A stretch of 64,000 nt of DNA, taken from the NCBI GenBank assembly GCA_047495785.1, contig JBLDXI010000029.1:372001-436000 (forward strand), in the 5' to 3' direction. Positions within the stretch are counted from its first letter, which is position 1. Every line of letters starts with the position of its first letter. The notes beneath the pieces were generated by a model that saw only the letters and a list, made by a program, of their open reading frames with translations, had not been told where the DNA came from and made no database searches. Position numbers and translations under genes: made by a program. Below are positions 10,601 through 22,124 of the stretch, piece after piece. Origin of the DNA: Lepidodermella squamata. Its lineage: Eukaryota; Animalia; Gastrotricha.

Positions 10601-13295
10601 ACTTTGATCATAGCCAAAAAGGCCGAGAAGCGATAAAGAAAGGGAGTAGGCCGGAATATTCCGGACCGTGTCTCGGGCTGAGTACACTCTCAACTGGTCA
10701 GTTCTTATGCATATGCTAGCTAATCAAAAAAATTAAAAAATTAAAAATAAATATGTGTCGTATCGCAATGAGCAATTCTTCCAATTGCCGATAGAGATAT
10801 CTCTAACCCCGATCTGCCCAAGATAGCTGCATAGCCTAAAGAGATATCTCTATGGCAATAAATAGTGGTTCATAGAGATATCTCATTGAGCAATAATTTT
10901 ACTACGACACGTGCCGTTTAGGAGACAAGCGTTTAAGCTTTTATAAGTTTTTAATACAAAAAATTTAGAAAACATTTATCAAAGTAGTTTAAATCAGAGA
11001 CCCATATTATAATGCCTAAAGCTTTATTGCCCAAAGATTTAGCGGAGAAGGAGCTGTTCATTAAAGCCTGTAGTGAAAGTGGAAAGGTTGATGGTGTTAC
11101 AGCCGATTGCAAGCACAACCTGAGGCATTTGTTTTGCGTTGTTGGCGGTAAACTGAAGTACCGAGAAGCCGAACAAAAACAAGCCGAAAATTGGCATGTC
11201 CTGGTGATGGACACCTTCTTGGAACGTGCAAAGAAGTACCACACCGAGAATAGCCACGCTGGATATAGCGCCGTAGTAGCCTTTTTTAAGCTTTTTAAGG
11301 AGGACGAAGCTGAAGGGTGCCGTTGCAAGTCTGGGTGCAAGTCAACAACAAAACGTTGCGCATGTCGTAACTGGAAAGTTGGCAAGGTCCTGCAGCCTAT
11401 GAAATGTGGTCCTTCCTGTTTATGCTCAAAAACTAATTTTTGCGAAAACAAGTAGTTGATGTGTTTTTCGACATCTATCGATGAGTTTGAGTAATGAAAA
11501 TGAAGAAGATGTGAATAGAATGATTTATTTTTAATATTTCGTTAATAAACGTCGATATTATGTGTTATTGCTCTAAGAGATATCTCAATCGGCAATAATT
11601 TATTGACAATTTATTAATTTGCTCAAAGGAGGCCCCCTTTAAGCAATTGCTAATAGAGATATCTCTATCGTCAATTGGAGGAAATTGCTCATTGCGATAC
11701 GACATATGCATAACTCAAAAATGTGCGTCAGCCGGGAGTCGAACCCGGATCGGCTGCTTGGAAGGCAACCATGCTGACCGTTACACCACTGACGCCGGAT
11801 GATATCGCGTGCGTTTAATTAGCACTAGCTTCAGACACGCAAAGCCGATAGCAAACCTAGGTTTTTCATTATTAAGGGTCTCTTGCGCAGGCTAAATTGT
11901 GGATTTTATTTATATTATTTGTATTTATATTTATATTAATTTAATTTATTGAGATTCAGTTGAATGAAGTTCTTTATAATTTAGGTTCCCCAGCCGTTGA
12001 ACGATGCTTTTTCAGCCATTTTAAACACCTTCAACGTCCTTCGCCAGGGTCAATTCGAGCCCGCGAATTACCGCCCGGGTCGTTTGGTCGCTAAAGTTTT
12101 GTACTCGGACGACAATCGCCACTTCGACTACATCCTCTACCGCCACAAATACGTCTACAAAGCCTTCAATGTACCATCTTTCATCCCACCACCCAACCGC
12201 GTTTATGGTGTCATGCCGTTATCGGCCTCGTTTCAAGATTTGATCGCTAATGAATACCCGACTATTCAACGCCCGTTTTGCAAATTGTCAATACCTGAAA
12301 TTGCGAAATCAGGCCGGGAAGTGTTTGATAAGGCGTCGTTAAGGACCTTCGATGGCGCCGATTTTGAGGTCGCCCTACCGCAAAAACACCTAGCTATCCT
12401 CGCATCAACTTGCGATCGAAAAATTGATCAAATTATGAAACCCCAGAGCGATCAAACTCCAGTTAATTTTGTAGCGATGGAGCGTGACGGTAATCATGAT
12501 AGGAAGGCAGTTGTGCGTGTCGGAAATGTGTTATATCGAATCGACAATCGCTGCCAGGTCGAAATTTCGAACTTGACTGCGACTGATCTTAATCGTCACA
12601 GTGTTCCGTCCACTTCTGATCAAAGTTTGATCACCCTGCGCAAATTTGAGGACGGCGATTGCCACATCTATGAAAAATCCACCGGTATCGAGGTTTATTT
12701 TGACGGCCATGATATCAAGGTTATAACTGGCCGATTGAGACTTCGTTCCGCCTCACTGAACTGTGGATTATGTTCGGATTTGAACGCCGATTTAAAGGCA
12801 AGAAATGAGGTGAATGATCCGGTCATTCGTCGTAGCAGGGTGGATCAATCGGTTTCGCGATATTGCCCGGCTCTAAATAATGAGAATGGCTACACTCAGC
12901 GAGAAGATGATGATGACTTCGAACAGACGGCTGAGAAACAGGGATGGAAATCCGATGACTGTAATTTGATCTTCAAAACTAATGTTGAGATCAAATCGGA
13001 ATCAAAGCGAATCTGCTTTTCGAGCAACGCTATTCCGGCTTGTCCGAGCAAGGTAATATATGTGTAAATATTCAAAACAATCCGTAAATTCTTAAAATTT
13101 CAGTGCCGCCCGATCAAAACTCGACTGGAAAGCGTTGACATGACCTGCTTGGACGATACGGCGGAAGCTCGCGAACTGGCTCGCCGCATTGCGCTGTCAG
13201 ATAACGGTCTGAATTTCGGCCTTTTACGCATCTATGCTCACCCGAGCATGGTCACCGGGCCTTATCAGGTGCCAATTGGTTGCGAACGAATTTAA
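4645..13295 (+). CDS. Vtg: Vitellogenin / large lipid transfer protein, ~1859 aa (exons 4645-4753, 5050-6139, 6388-6562, 6728-7727, 7958-9364, 9594-10132, 11985-13052, 13104-13295)
   Basis: Signal-peptide exon MSNKALRACFLVALIICQIIVAAMA. LPD_N motifs KEYVYDYET, WSLNLKKGLLQLLQL, E.SPIGTCDTLY, ALAAVGNAG, VRIAAY, E.SSNVASFVRSHL. VWD motifs LRTFDG and CGLCSD. Vtg-type C-terminus ICFS..IPAC..C..MTC..VPIGC. All seven introns are GT-AG with consistent phases. Confidence 0.9.
10441..10634 (-). ncRNA. RNU2: U2 spliceosomal snRNA gene (antisense, in vitellogenin intron 6)
   Basis: Minus strand reads ATCGCTTCTCGGCCTTTTTGGCTATGATCAAAGTGTAGTATCTGTTCTT..., with branch-site recognition sequence GTAGTA, Sm site GATTTTTGG and stem-loop IV loop ATTGCAGT. 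About 194 nt; 3' end approximate. Confidence 0.95.
10756..11704 (+). mobile_element. Non-autonomous Ginger2-like DNA transposon (949 bp)
   Basis: ~50-bp TIRs TGTCGTATCGCAATGAGCAATT...AGAGATATCTCTA. TGT..ACA termini, 4-bp TSD TATG (10752-10755 / 11705-11708), and repeated subterminal palindrome AGAGATATCTC. Confidence 0.85.
11012..11455 (+). CDS. Internally deleted transposase remnant: partial integrase Zn-finger (H-x4-H-x-G) fused to a CXC Cys cluster; no DDE core
   Basis: YHTENSHAG followed shortly by GCRCKSGCKSTTKRCACR...CGPSCLC...CENK; lies entirely between the TIRs. Confidence 0.7.
   Translation: MPKALLPKDLAEKELFIKACSESGKVDGVTADCKHNLRHLFCVVGGKLKYREAEQKQAENWHVLVMDTFLERAKKYHTENSHAGYSAVVAFFKLFKEDEAEGCRCKSGCKSTTKRCACRNWKVGKVLQPMKCGPSCLCSKTNFCENK
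11724..11795 (-). tRNA. tRNA-Gly-TCC: tRNA-Gly (TCC)
   Basis: GCGTCAGTGGTGTAACGGTCAGCATGGTTGCCTTCCAAGCAGCCGATCCGGGTTCGACTCCCGGCTGACGCA. Perfect 7-bp acceptor stem, anticodon loop CTTCCAA, GTTCGA T-loop, and a T5 terminator just downstream. Confidence 0.96.
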
Positions 13296-13656
13296 ATATG
13301 CCAGCAAATCAACCGAAACAAGAACCATTTTAAAACCAGACTGATAATCAAAACATTGTCAAGCGATATTTTATTTCAATGGGAATTGAATTTGATGAGA
13401 ATTATAAAATAATATTTTTGGCAGAACAAATTAGTGATCACGTGTTAATCATGAGATCAATATTGGATCAAATAGATCCGAATTTGACATTTCATAAAAG
13501 TCAGTTAAATATTGGAATTGATCAGGATTTCGGTTCAAAACCAATGATCAATGCACATTTGATCAAAATTTGACATCACAATAACGTGAGAAATGACAAG
13601 GCACAAAATCACGCGTATAAAACTTAAGTGTCTCTGTGAATTCTTCCATACAATAT

Positions 13657-16600
13657 TCAAGTTTGAGCATTCGAGCGTGAAGTGTTAGGTTCCAATTGGA
13701 AGAGATTCACTCGTGAAGATGAGTCACCCTGCTGCTGGTTAGTACGACTCGTCGAGATCGGAGTTGTACTAGCTGCTATTGGGCTCAAGGCTCGATTCGC
13801 TTCGTTGCTATTGTTATTATTAATCATATTATTATCGCCAGTCGAGCTGTTGGCCGCCGGTTGTTTTCGCGTTTTAAACACCTTGCGACGCTGATCTTCA
13901 GTTGCTGTTACGTAATTAGCCGGGAAATAGCCGCGTTCTTCGGCACCCGAAGTTACATTCTCGCCCAGCCACCAGCGTTCAGACTCGCGGCATAGCAGGA
14001 CTACTAAATCGCCTTTTCTTAGGGCAAGTTCATCGGCACGCTGAGGTTCGTAATCGTATAATACAAGGTATTTCTGCCGCTTTTTCGTCGGGGCAGATTG
14101 AGGTGGAGCCTGAAAAACGAATAAATTCAAAAGTTTTGAATGCAAAACTCTACATTTTTTAGGTAAGTATCAACATTTTTCTTCCTTGCAATTTTTTAAC
14201 TTGAATTCAAAATGACTCGAAAATTGACAAATCTAAAGCTTAAGTTTAAGGTAAGAGGGAATTAGATTAGATTAATAGAGTAAATATCAAATATTCAAAA
14301 ATTTGTGAAAATTTTACCGTAATTTCCGTTTCGACCTTATCGCCTTCGGCAGAAATATTGAAATTGATGACAGGTTGAGCCTTGAACTGCGTCGAGGTCA
14401 GCATCATCGGGTTAGTCATGGTTCCGGTACCCGGTTGATTGGTCGTAACGGATCCAGCTCCGCCAAATAACAGCGAATCGACAACATTTTGCTTGAACGC
14501 ACTGTTTGGCATCTAAAAACATCATATGTTCAGTAAATCCTGAGTCAGAATTACAAACTACTTACCGTTGCAACAGCACTCAGCGCTCTGTTAACCTTGT
14601 CGACTCGTTTTGTAAAATTTCTCGCAATATGATCGTTAATCGCTTCAATTTCGCGATCCATGTCCATACGATCCGGCTCGAGCAGTTTCAACTTCTGCTC
14701 CGAAATGGTCTCACCCCGCTCGACTCGCTTCAAATACTCGGCTTCAAGCCGCGCCATAGCCTCGTCGAACGTGTACACGTAAACCGGCTGCGAATCGCCG
14801 TAAGAACAAAACGCAACCATGTGGTCATACGGGTGGAATTGAACGTCAGAAACACCTGAGCTGAACGATAATTTATCGTAGATTGTTACCACATCGCCAG
14901 TAACAGCGTTCCAAACAAAACATGTGCCGACTTCAGTCGCGGCTAGGACAAAAGTTCCGCACGGCGTGATGCAAGATCCGATGAAATTTCTCGCATTGAT
15001 ATGGCCCGTGTACAACTGAGTGCAGGCCTCACTCGACAAATCGTACATTCTAAGAGCAGAATCTCGCGTATGAATCAGCAGACGAGTCGTTTGGCTCGGG
15101 CGAATTATTCGATTGATTGGAATTCCGTCGATTTCTTTCGCTCGAACCTTTCGTTCTAAGGTCCAATCTCGGGTGAAACCGCATTTCGGATGATTCGGTT
15201 GAGCTGTTACGTTGCAGTTCCAACTAGCAATTTGGCCTTTCCCGGTCCCGGAGAACAGTAAATGACCAGCTGGGTCGAATTCTAGGCAATTTACCAGCCC
15301 GCCTTGAGCATCAATTTCTTGAAGCAGGAAGCCAGCCCATTTTCGCGTTGTAACCGGCACTCCAAGGCCGTAAATTCGAACTTTACCATCGTGGCATCCT
15401 GTTGCTAGGAGAGACGCGACTTTCGGGTGGAAACGAGCTGCGTAAACAAAAGAAGGATGTGCGAGATTGACATGTTCGGTTGAATTTTCGGTCAGAATCC
15501 AAACTCTAGCTGTTGCGTCTGACGACGCTGATACGAGTTTTGAATCGTCACTCGACCAGTTTAGGTCGTATACCACGTTCATATGCCCGTATAACGATTG
15601 ATTTGCAGTCAGTCGCTTGATATCGTAAATCGCAATTGGATAGTCGCATGACGGTGGGTCGACGCCAGCAGCAGCTAGCTTGAGCCCAGAATTGCTGAAG
15701 CAAAGTCGCGTACAGCCCATTTGGCCGACGAAAACGGTGGAAAGCTGGCGATTAGGTAGTCTGCAAACTTGGCCCGGTAAACGGTTCCAAGCTATCATGT
15801 CTTGGTCGATATTTGCCAGGGCATTTCCCCCAGTCGCAGATTTCAGCAAAGGCTGGCCTGTAACGGATGAAATAAGGCCGAGAGTTTTTGTGAAATTATC
15901 ATTAGAATGAGCTCCGATTTCGCCCTGAGTTGCAATCATCGATCTTGAGGTTGGCAACAGCTGGCTTGGTAATTGAAGTGATTTCAGCGTTACGTATATG
16001 GTTGATGGATATTTAACCCGAGGTGTTGCATTCAACCAAGTTGCAGCTTCACACTGCGTGCCAGCATTTATTACTCGGGGCATTCGATACAGCTGAAGTC
16101 GACATCTTCTTCCAGTATTTAATTGGCCATTTTTCCCAACAATTTTCAGGAAGCCCCAGGCAATTTTTATCCAACCAGCTTCTCTACCATATTGTCGAAT
16201 ATTTTCCGAAATTTCATTCGGAGCCACGTAGTCAATAACTTCGAAAACGACATGCGTCGAAACTGAAGCATCGGAAAAATAGTAAAAATTCTCGTTGAAC
16301 ACAATAGTCTCCTCCCATTTCGGTATGAGGGAGCGATGCTGAGAAAACGAGAACGGCTGAGTTAAAATGGGTAGTACAAAGTCACTTCTAGAATGCTGCG
16401 TTTCGTAAAAAGATGAAACAGGTCGATTTTTATCTAGTTTAGCCAGGTAGTTGTTGATTTTTTGATCGATGATATGAACGCGAACCATGGGGTGACGAAT
16501 ATGGTAGTCAACTTCCAACGGGTCTGTTTGGTGAATCGTAATGCCCAAAACGTGGCCATCATCTTGTCTAACATTGGGTCTCGGCGTCAATTCAGATGTT

Positions 16601-17177
16601 GCGGCTACGGGAAGATTGAGTGGAGGAACGTCACTTCTTTCCTTAGCTTCGGCAGAAACTTCTTGGCCGTGGTCCTTCAGATTTTCAGTGAATTCGTTCG
16701 ATACTTGCAATTCATCAGCCCTCTTCTCCATTTCATCATCGCCTTGAAATGAGAGGTTGACAACTGCAATGCAAAAATCAGGTTATTTTGTAGGCAGTTC
16801 ATGAACTGAGCAATTCACCTGGCCCGCCATCTTTCGCCATTTTTGGTTTGCTATGAAGAATAGATTTCAAAGGAGTTTGAGATATTGAGCTGGGCTCAGA
16901 TGAAGCGACATGTGTCTGAGGTCGGTCATTCATCTCAATTACCTATAATATAGGAGACAGTAAGCTGACAGTAATTCAATCAGATGGCTGATTACTTACT
17001 TCGTCATTTGTTTCCTTGAGCATGCCATCTTTAGCATCGTCTTCTTTCCGCTTTTGTATCCTCTGCATAAGCCGTGTAGCCGCTGACTGAGGCTTTGACG
17101 ATGAGCCTGACGTAATTAGAACAATGATGTACACACCGCATTTGAGGAACACGCCTTTTACCTGAGCCAGTCGCCAT
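13657..17177 (-). CDS. AHI1: Jouberin (C2-like + WD40 + SH3), about 6 exons
   Basis: Motifs HPMVRVHIID, PILTQPF, PKWEETIVFNE, KIAWGFLK, RLQLY, KYPSTIYVTL and WNRLPGQVCRLPN; WD40 repeats (GHMNVVYDLNWS, HPSFVYAARFHP, FHPYDHMVAF); C-terminal SH3 (LYDYEPQRADELAL..WWLG..GYFPANYV). The small 5' exons (17162-17177, ~16999-17107, ~16820-16942) are less certain. Confidence 0.9.
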
Positions 17178-17904
17178 GATCTAATAGATTGTATTTCGAT
17201 GGAATCGATCAGGTTCAGCTAAAAGTATTAGGACGCGTTAGGTGCAGCCGATGAACCCTAATTTGCAGAATGGCAGGCTTATACAACAATTATAATCGAG
17301 GCAGTCTTATTCAGGGTATCATTAAGTAATTTGAGACATGCGGATCGATTGAATGAAGTATCTAGATGCGATTCACGATGAGTAACTGAGGACGCTTTTC
17401 TTAATCGTCCTTGAAGTATAAATATGCTAAATATCAGAAAATAATGATTTTTACAACATTATTCTATAACTTTTTGGTCAACATAAATTTTGTTAACTAT
17501 TCAACAAAATAATGGTTGTCAAATAACCTAGTTTAGGGGAACTTTCTCATCTGTTTCGACCTTTTGGTGCCTTCTCGAAACCCTTTCGTGGAGCCCAGCC
17601 CCCAATCCCTGATCCCTGACTTCTTGCCTTTCTGCCTACCTCAAGTTTGACAAGTTCTACACGTTAGGCATATGATGGAAAGCAATCATGATCTATCTCG
17701 CACGAAAGATCTACTTGCCGCTTAACCATTACCCCCTTCCTCCTATTCGAGTATCGAGTACATACATTTACATCTAATGGGCATTTACTTGAGAATTCGC
17801 TTGCTTATTCAAAAATTCAAACCACATTATGAGTAATATTGCTACCGTTTCCCTTTCTAGATTGTATCCCAAATGACTAGCCTGTAAATGATTTGCTCTT
17901 TTTC

Positions 17905-19020
17905 ATGAAGAAAATAGTGACAGCAAACCAAATGCGAGATGGTTTGTATCGATTAATTACTTCGACACCTAATTGATTAGCTCATTTTGTTTCAGTTAAT
18001 GGCGAATCTTCAGTTATTCAAACAAATCCTCAGAAAGGCCCAGGTTTAATACAAGGAATGCCTGGAAACGTAGGCCCCGGTGGTACCCTGGTTGACGACG
18101 CTGAAAAGCAGTGTCGTGAACTTTTAGCTAGACGTCCCTCTTACCGCAAACTGCTCAAGGAGCTTTCAAGCAGTGATCCCGATATCAAGTCACGGCTCGT
18201 TCGTGACAACGATGAACATCATCACATGGCTGCCGCGCAAGCCGCCGCCAACCATCATCAAGATATCATAAACACTATCCACAATATGAGCCAACAGCAA
18301 CCACAGCAACAACGTCCGGTTCAAGAACAAAGCAGAGGTAGCGATGACTCAAATGGATCTGACTCGGGCTCAGACGAAGACAGCGACAGCCGCGATCAAA
18401 GGAGGATAGATGATGATGGTGATCAGGTTGGTTCGTCTTCCTCTTCCGGGCATGATCGATTACAGGTTATTCGCGGCCTCCCACAGGTTCCTTTCGGTTT
18501 TCCAGGCATGCAAATGGCTGGTCTAGACGACGGGGAACGCTATCAACGTGCTCTTGCCATGAATAACGCACAATCCGGTTCAAATCTTCAGGTATAGTTA
18601 TTTTGTAAATGTCGAGTACATGTTTTATGCTGTTGTTACTCGTAGCATCGCCAAGACATGGGCCACGGAGGTCCAGGACAGCATTTAGCAGCACTTTTGC
18701 CTCAATCGGCAGGGTACCAGCTTGCCCCCGGTGTTATAATGTCGAGCTCGAATCCGAACTCGATTAGCGCAGCTATGGCAGTAATGGGCCAGAACTCATC
18801 TCCACCCGTAGGCGAGGAAGTAGCTCGTAAACGCGAGATGCGCCTACTAAAGAACCGCGAAGCAGCTCGTGAATGTCGGCGGAAAAAGAAAGAGTACGTT
18901 AAATGCCTCGAAAACCGCGTTGCCGTGCTGGAAGCGCAGAACAAGGCGCTCATTGACGAGTTGAAATCGTTGAAAGAGCTCTACTGCCAGTCGAGCATCC
19001 TACCTGGGCCCAAAGATTGA
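17905..19020 (+). CDS. CREB: CREB/CREM/ATF1-family bZIP transcription factor (exons ~17905-17941, 17996-18591, 18646-19020)
   Basis: SVIQ motif, KID domain RELLARRPSYRKLLKELSS, bZIP RKREMRLLKNREAARECRRKKKEYVKCLENRVAVLE..LKELYC. First coding exon inferred from phase-compatible splice sites. Confidence 0.92.
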
Positions 19021-19949
19021 TGAATTTCCGAACGCCGGCTCATTCTTACTTCTGGAATTTTAGATGAATAAACGAAGACCATTTTTTCAATTAAAACTAC
19101 TATTTTTCTTGTTGCTACACGTGACACAAGCCCGCACACCAAATTTTAAATGTTGAAAAAATCCTGGTAATTTGTCTGTATATCTTGTTTTTTTCTGTTC
19201 TTTTCTAATAAGTGCTTCTATTGCAAGGTACTTGAAACGCCCGGAGACAAAAATAATTTATTTTCATTACATACATCTGTGTATACTTCATGTGCACCCG
19301 GCCTAATTAGACAGACACGTGTGTATAGTGTTGTAAACAATTTTCTATATTTCGAAGGGTTGTTTCTTACGTAACTCCGCATACGCGTGCTACTTTTTCA
19401 ACTCTGAATTTCTCTCGCGGAAAAATATCAATAATAATATCGATGTGACCAGTGGCGAAACTTGAAAACTGCTTAAAAACTGACCCGAATATTTCTACTT
19501 TTGTTTCTCTCTCTCTCTTTGGAAAATTTCTTGAAATGCGCGATCTCATTTTCCCTTCCTCCATTTCTTCTTTTCTTGTTCACTTCAATCGTAGTAGTTG
19601 ATAGCTTATGACGAGGCCACGGTGCACTGTGTTTTTTGTTGAAATAGCCTTACGTGTAGTGATGGACCATTAAAAAAACTTCGTTTCTCTATCTCGATAT
19701 TTGAAGGCTATATTGTGAAAATTATCGCGCTGATATATAATAATAGTAATATAACAAATATATTGTTGAAATGACTGCATATATAAATATATATATTTAC
19801 TATGGAGAAAAATGCGTATATATTTAGACCGTGACAGGTTGTTTAAATTTTTGAATAAAAATTGTTGGCGTTAATGTTGATTTTTCTGGATGGATCAAAA
19901 TTTTAACTGTGATTTTTTCTATTTTCTTTTAGATTTTTTTTATCGCTTG

Positions 19950-20201
19950 ATGGCAAAACGTGGTTTGATCTATCGATTGGTTAATTTGCGATTCCGATCG
20001 CAGATCGCGGCTCGAATTTTCGTTCTATGCGGCTCGCTTGCTGTAACGGGTCTTTTATTCGGCGGACTCTTCGCTCCGTACATGCTCGGCTATAAGGAGT
20101 ACGCAAAACGGCCACAAATCACGTACCCGCTGTGGTATATCGAAGAGCAGGAAAAGAAACGCCAAAAACAGCTGGAATTAAGCGGAAATAGCCAGAAATA
20201 G
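19950..20201 (+). CDS. 83-aa single-pass membrane microprotein (basic N-terminus, one TM, charged tail; possibly mitochondrial)
   Basis: MAKRGLIYRLVNLRFRSQIAAR followed by hydrophobic IFVLCGSLAVTGLLFGGLFAPYMLG. Coding-like GC island between AT-rich flanks; splice acceptor TTTTCTTTTAG ends at 19932. Confidence 0.7.
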   Translation: MAKRGLIYRLVNLRFRSQIAARIFVLCGSLAVTGLLFGGLFAPYMLGYKEYAKRPQITYPLWYIEEQEKKRQKQLELSGNSQK

Positions 20202-20333
20202 CCCTGATAAATTTATCGATTTTTGTTCGTTGCCGGTCTTATCGTTAATTATTTCTACCTTGTTCAATATAGGGTGACTGATACATACAGTTACATATAA
20301 TTTTGATAGGCGATTTTGTTGTGAGAGATAACA

Positions 20334-22124
20334 ATGGGCCAGCAAACATCTGCGTACTTGTTTGGCGGCCCGTTGCCGAATGACCTGGAACCGCCCAAGT
20401 ACGACGCGATGATCGGCTTCGAGCACGGGCGTGAAAAGCGCGAGTCTCGCTTGACTGAGGACCAAATGTCGAATGCGAAAATTCCGGCGCGGTTTCGCGA
20501 CTACTGCGCGGCCGAATTCGCCGAGTACAAGAAGTGTAAATACTACGAATTTCCGTTTCTCGGCCGGTGCAAGCCCTACCTCCACGTGTGGGAGGAGTGC
20601 CAGTTTCAAGAGTGAGTTCAACTTTTTCTACAATTGAAGAATTTGCGCAAACAGTTGCTAAGTGAGAGGGAGAGATACCGATTTATTAGTTATTTGTGTT
20701 TTACAAAAATGGTAGCAACATAGCGTGTAAGACACAGAGATACCTATGAATCAAGTAATTTCAGCTCAAGTTTGAATTTACTATTACAAAGTTATCGGGC
20801 TGTAAATTTGTTTAATAAAAAGTAAGATTTATTGTAAAGTCCTATTCACTGCTGAGTAATATTCATATTTGGACTCTAACCAATGATTTTTCGAATCTCA
20901 ATTCGCCAAGAAAATTAAAAATTTAGAAACTGGTTTTTATCAATTCAATTATCAAATACATAATATCGAATTTTTAAATTGGAAACGAAAATCTTGGAAA
21001 TTCGGTAAAACTGGAATTTCATCAAATTTCATTCATTCAAACATCTTGTTTTCCTGAAGCTTCGAAAACCGAAGAGAATTCAAGGAAAAGAGATCCAATA
21101 TTAGAAGCAGCCTTTTCATTCCTTGATGCAACTAACCAACGCGCTGAAAAAAATTGGTTAAATTAGTTGAAATACTGCGATTTTTATGAATACAGATTTT
21201 TCCGAGCCTCCTGAATTTGAACAAGGCTGAATTTAAATATCAACATCTGGAACTTCAGTCTTTTATTAAAATCCCTTAACATTTTGAAATGATCGAAAAT
21301 TCCTTGTTATTTTTGATATTCAATCTTCCACTTTTAACCTTTGTAACACGATTGAGTGGTTGGCCACCGTCATTGATAAATCACGAGCGACCCGGGTGGG
21401 GATTGAACTCGCGCCCGTCTATGTTGACCCTCCATGCACAGCAGACAACAGCTATCCACTGAACTGCTATGTGCCCCTGATTTTGAAATTTAATGTTCAG
21501 AATTTTCCGATATCACTTACGTTTTTCTATTTTTGGACTGGCGCCTAATAATTTGAGGTTGATTGGGAAATTTTACTGAAGCTCGGCGGGAATTTCCCAA
21601 GGGAAACATAATTTATAGAGTGCGGTTACCCGTGCATACACATGAGTAGTACGTGATTTTGAATATTTGTACATATTATTTGATGCCAGGAATAGGCACT
21701 ATGTATTGCAGAATTTAGTCATTTTTGATGTTTTAATAAAAAATTTAATCTGTCAGAATAATTAACATTTTAACCGCGATTATATCATAATTAGTGGTTT
21801 TCTTGCCATAAAAAATCGCATTTTACACTGGGGTTTTATCGTTCAGGATCAATTATATTCTTCCGATTCGTAGCGAACATGAATTTTCTGTTGATTTACC
21901 TAGTTTGATAATATGAATCATGTAGGCGAGGGATGGGTGAGCTTATCGTAATTCATTTCGATTTTCGAGCGATTGATGAGTTTTAATTGTATTATTATTA
22001 TTATTTGTTTTTTGTTATTTACAGCCACGTCCTGCGCATGAAAGAGTACGAGCGCGAGCGCCGGTTGATGGCGCGCGAAGCCCGGAAAGCCGAATTAGAA
22101 GCCATGGCTGCTGCCGGCCACTGA
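20334..22124 (+). CDS. NDUFB7: NADH:ubiquinone oxidoreductase subunit B18 (exons 20334-20611, 22025-22124)
   Basis: MG N-terminus, GFEHGREKRE, RDYCA twin CX9C motif, spliced CQFQD-HVLRMKEYERERRL. Confidence 0.93.
21388..21476 (-). repeat. Degenerate tRNA-derived SINE head / tRNA pseudogene in NDUFB7 intron
   Basis: A-box-like TAGCAGTTCAGTGG and B-box-like GAGTTCAATCCC on the minus strand; no clean cloverleaf. Confidence 0.4.

Noticed and set aside
21388-21476. Functional tRNA or tRNA-Sec
   Set aside because: Acceptor and anticodon stems do not pair and there is no TCA anticodon; kept only as SINE-like.
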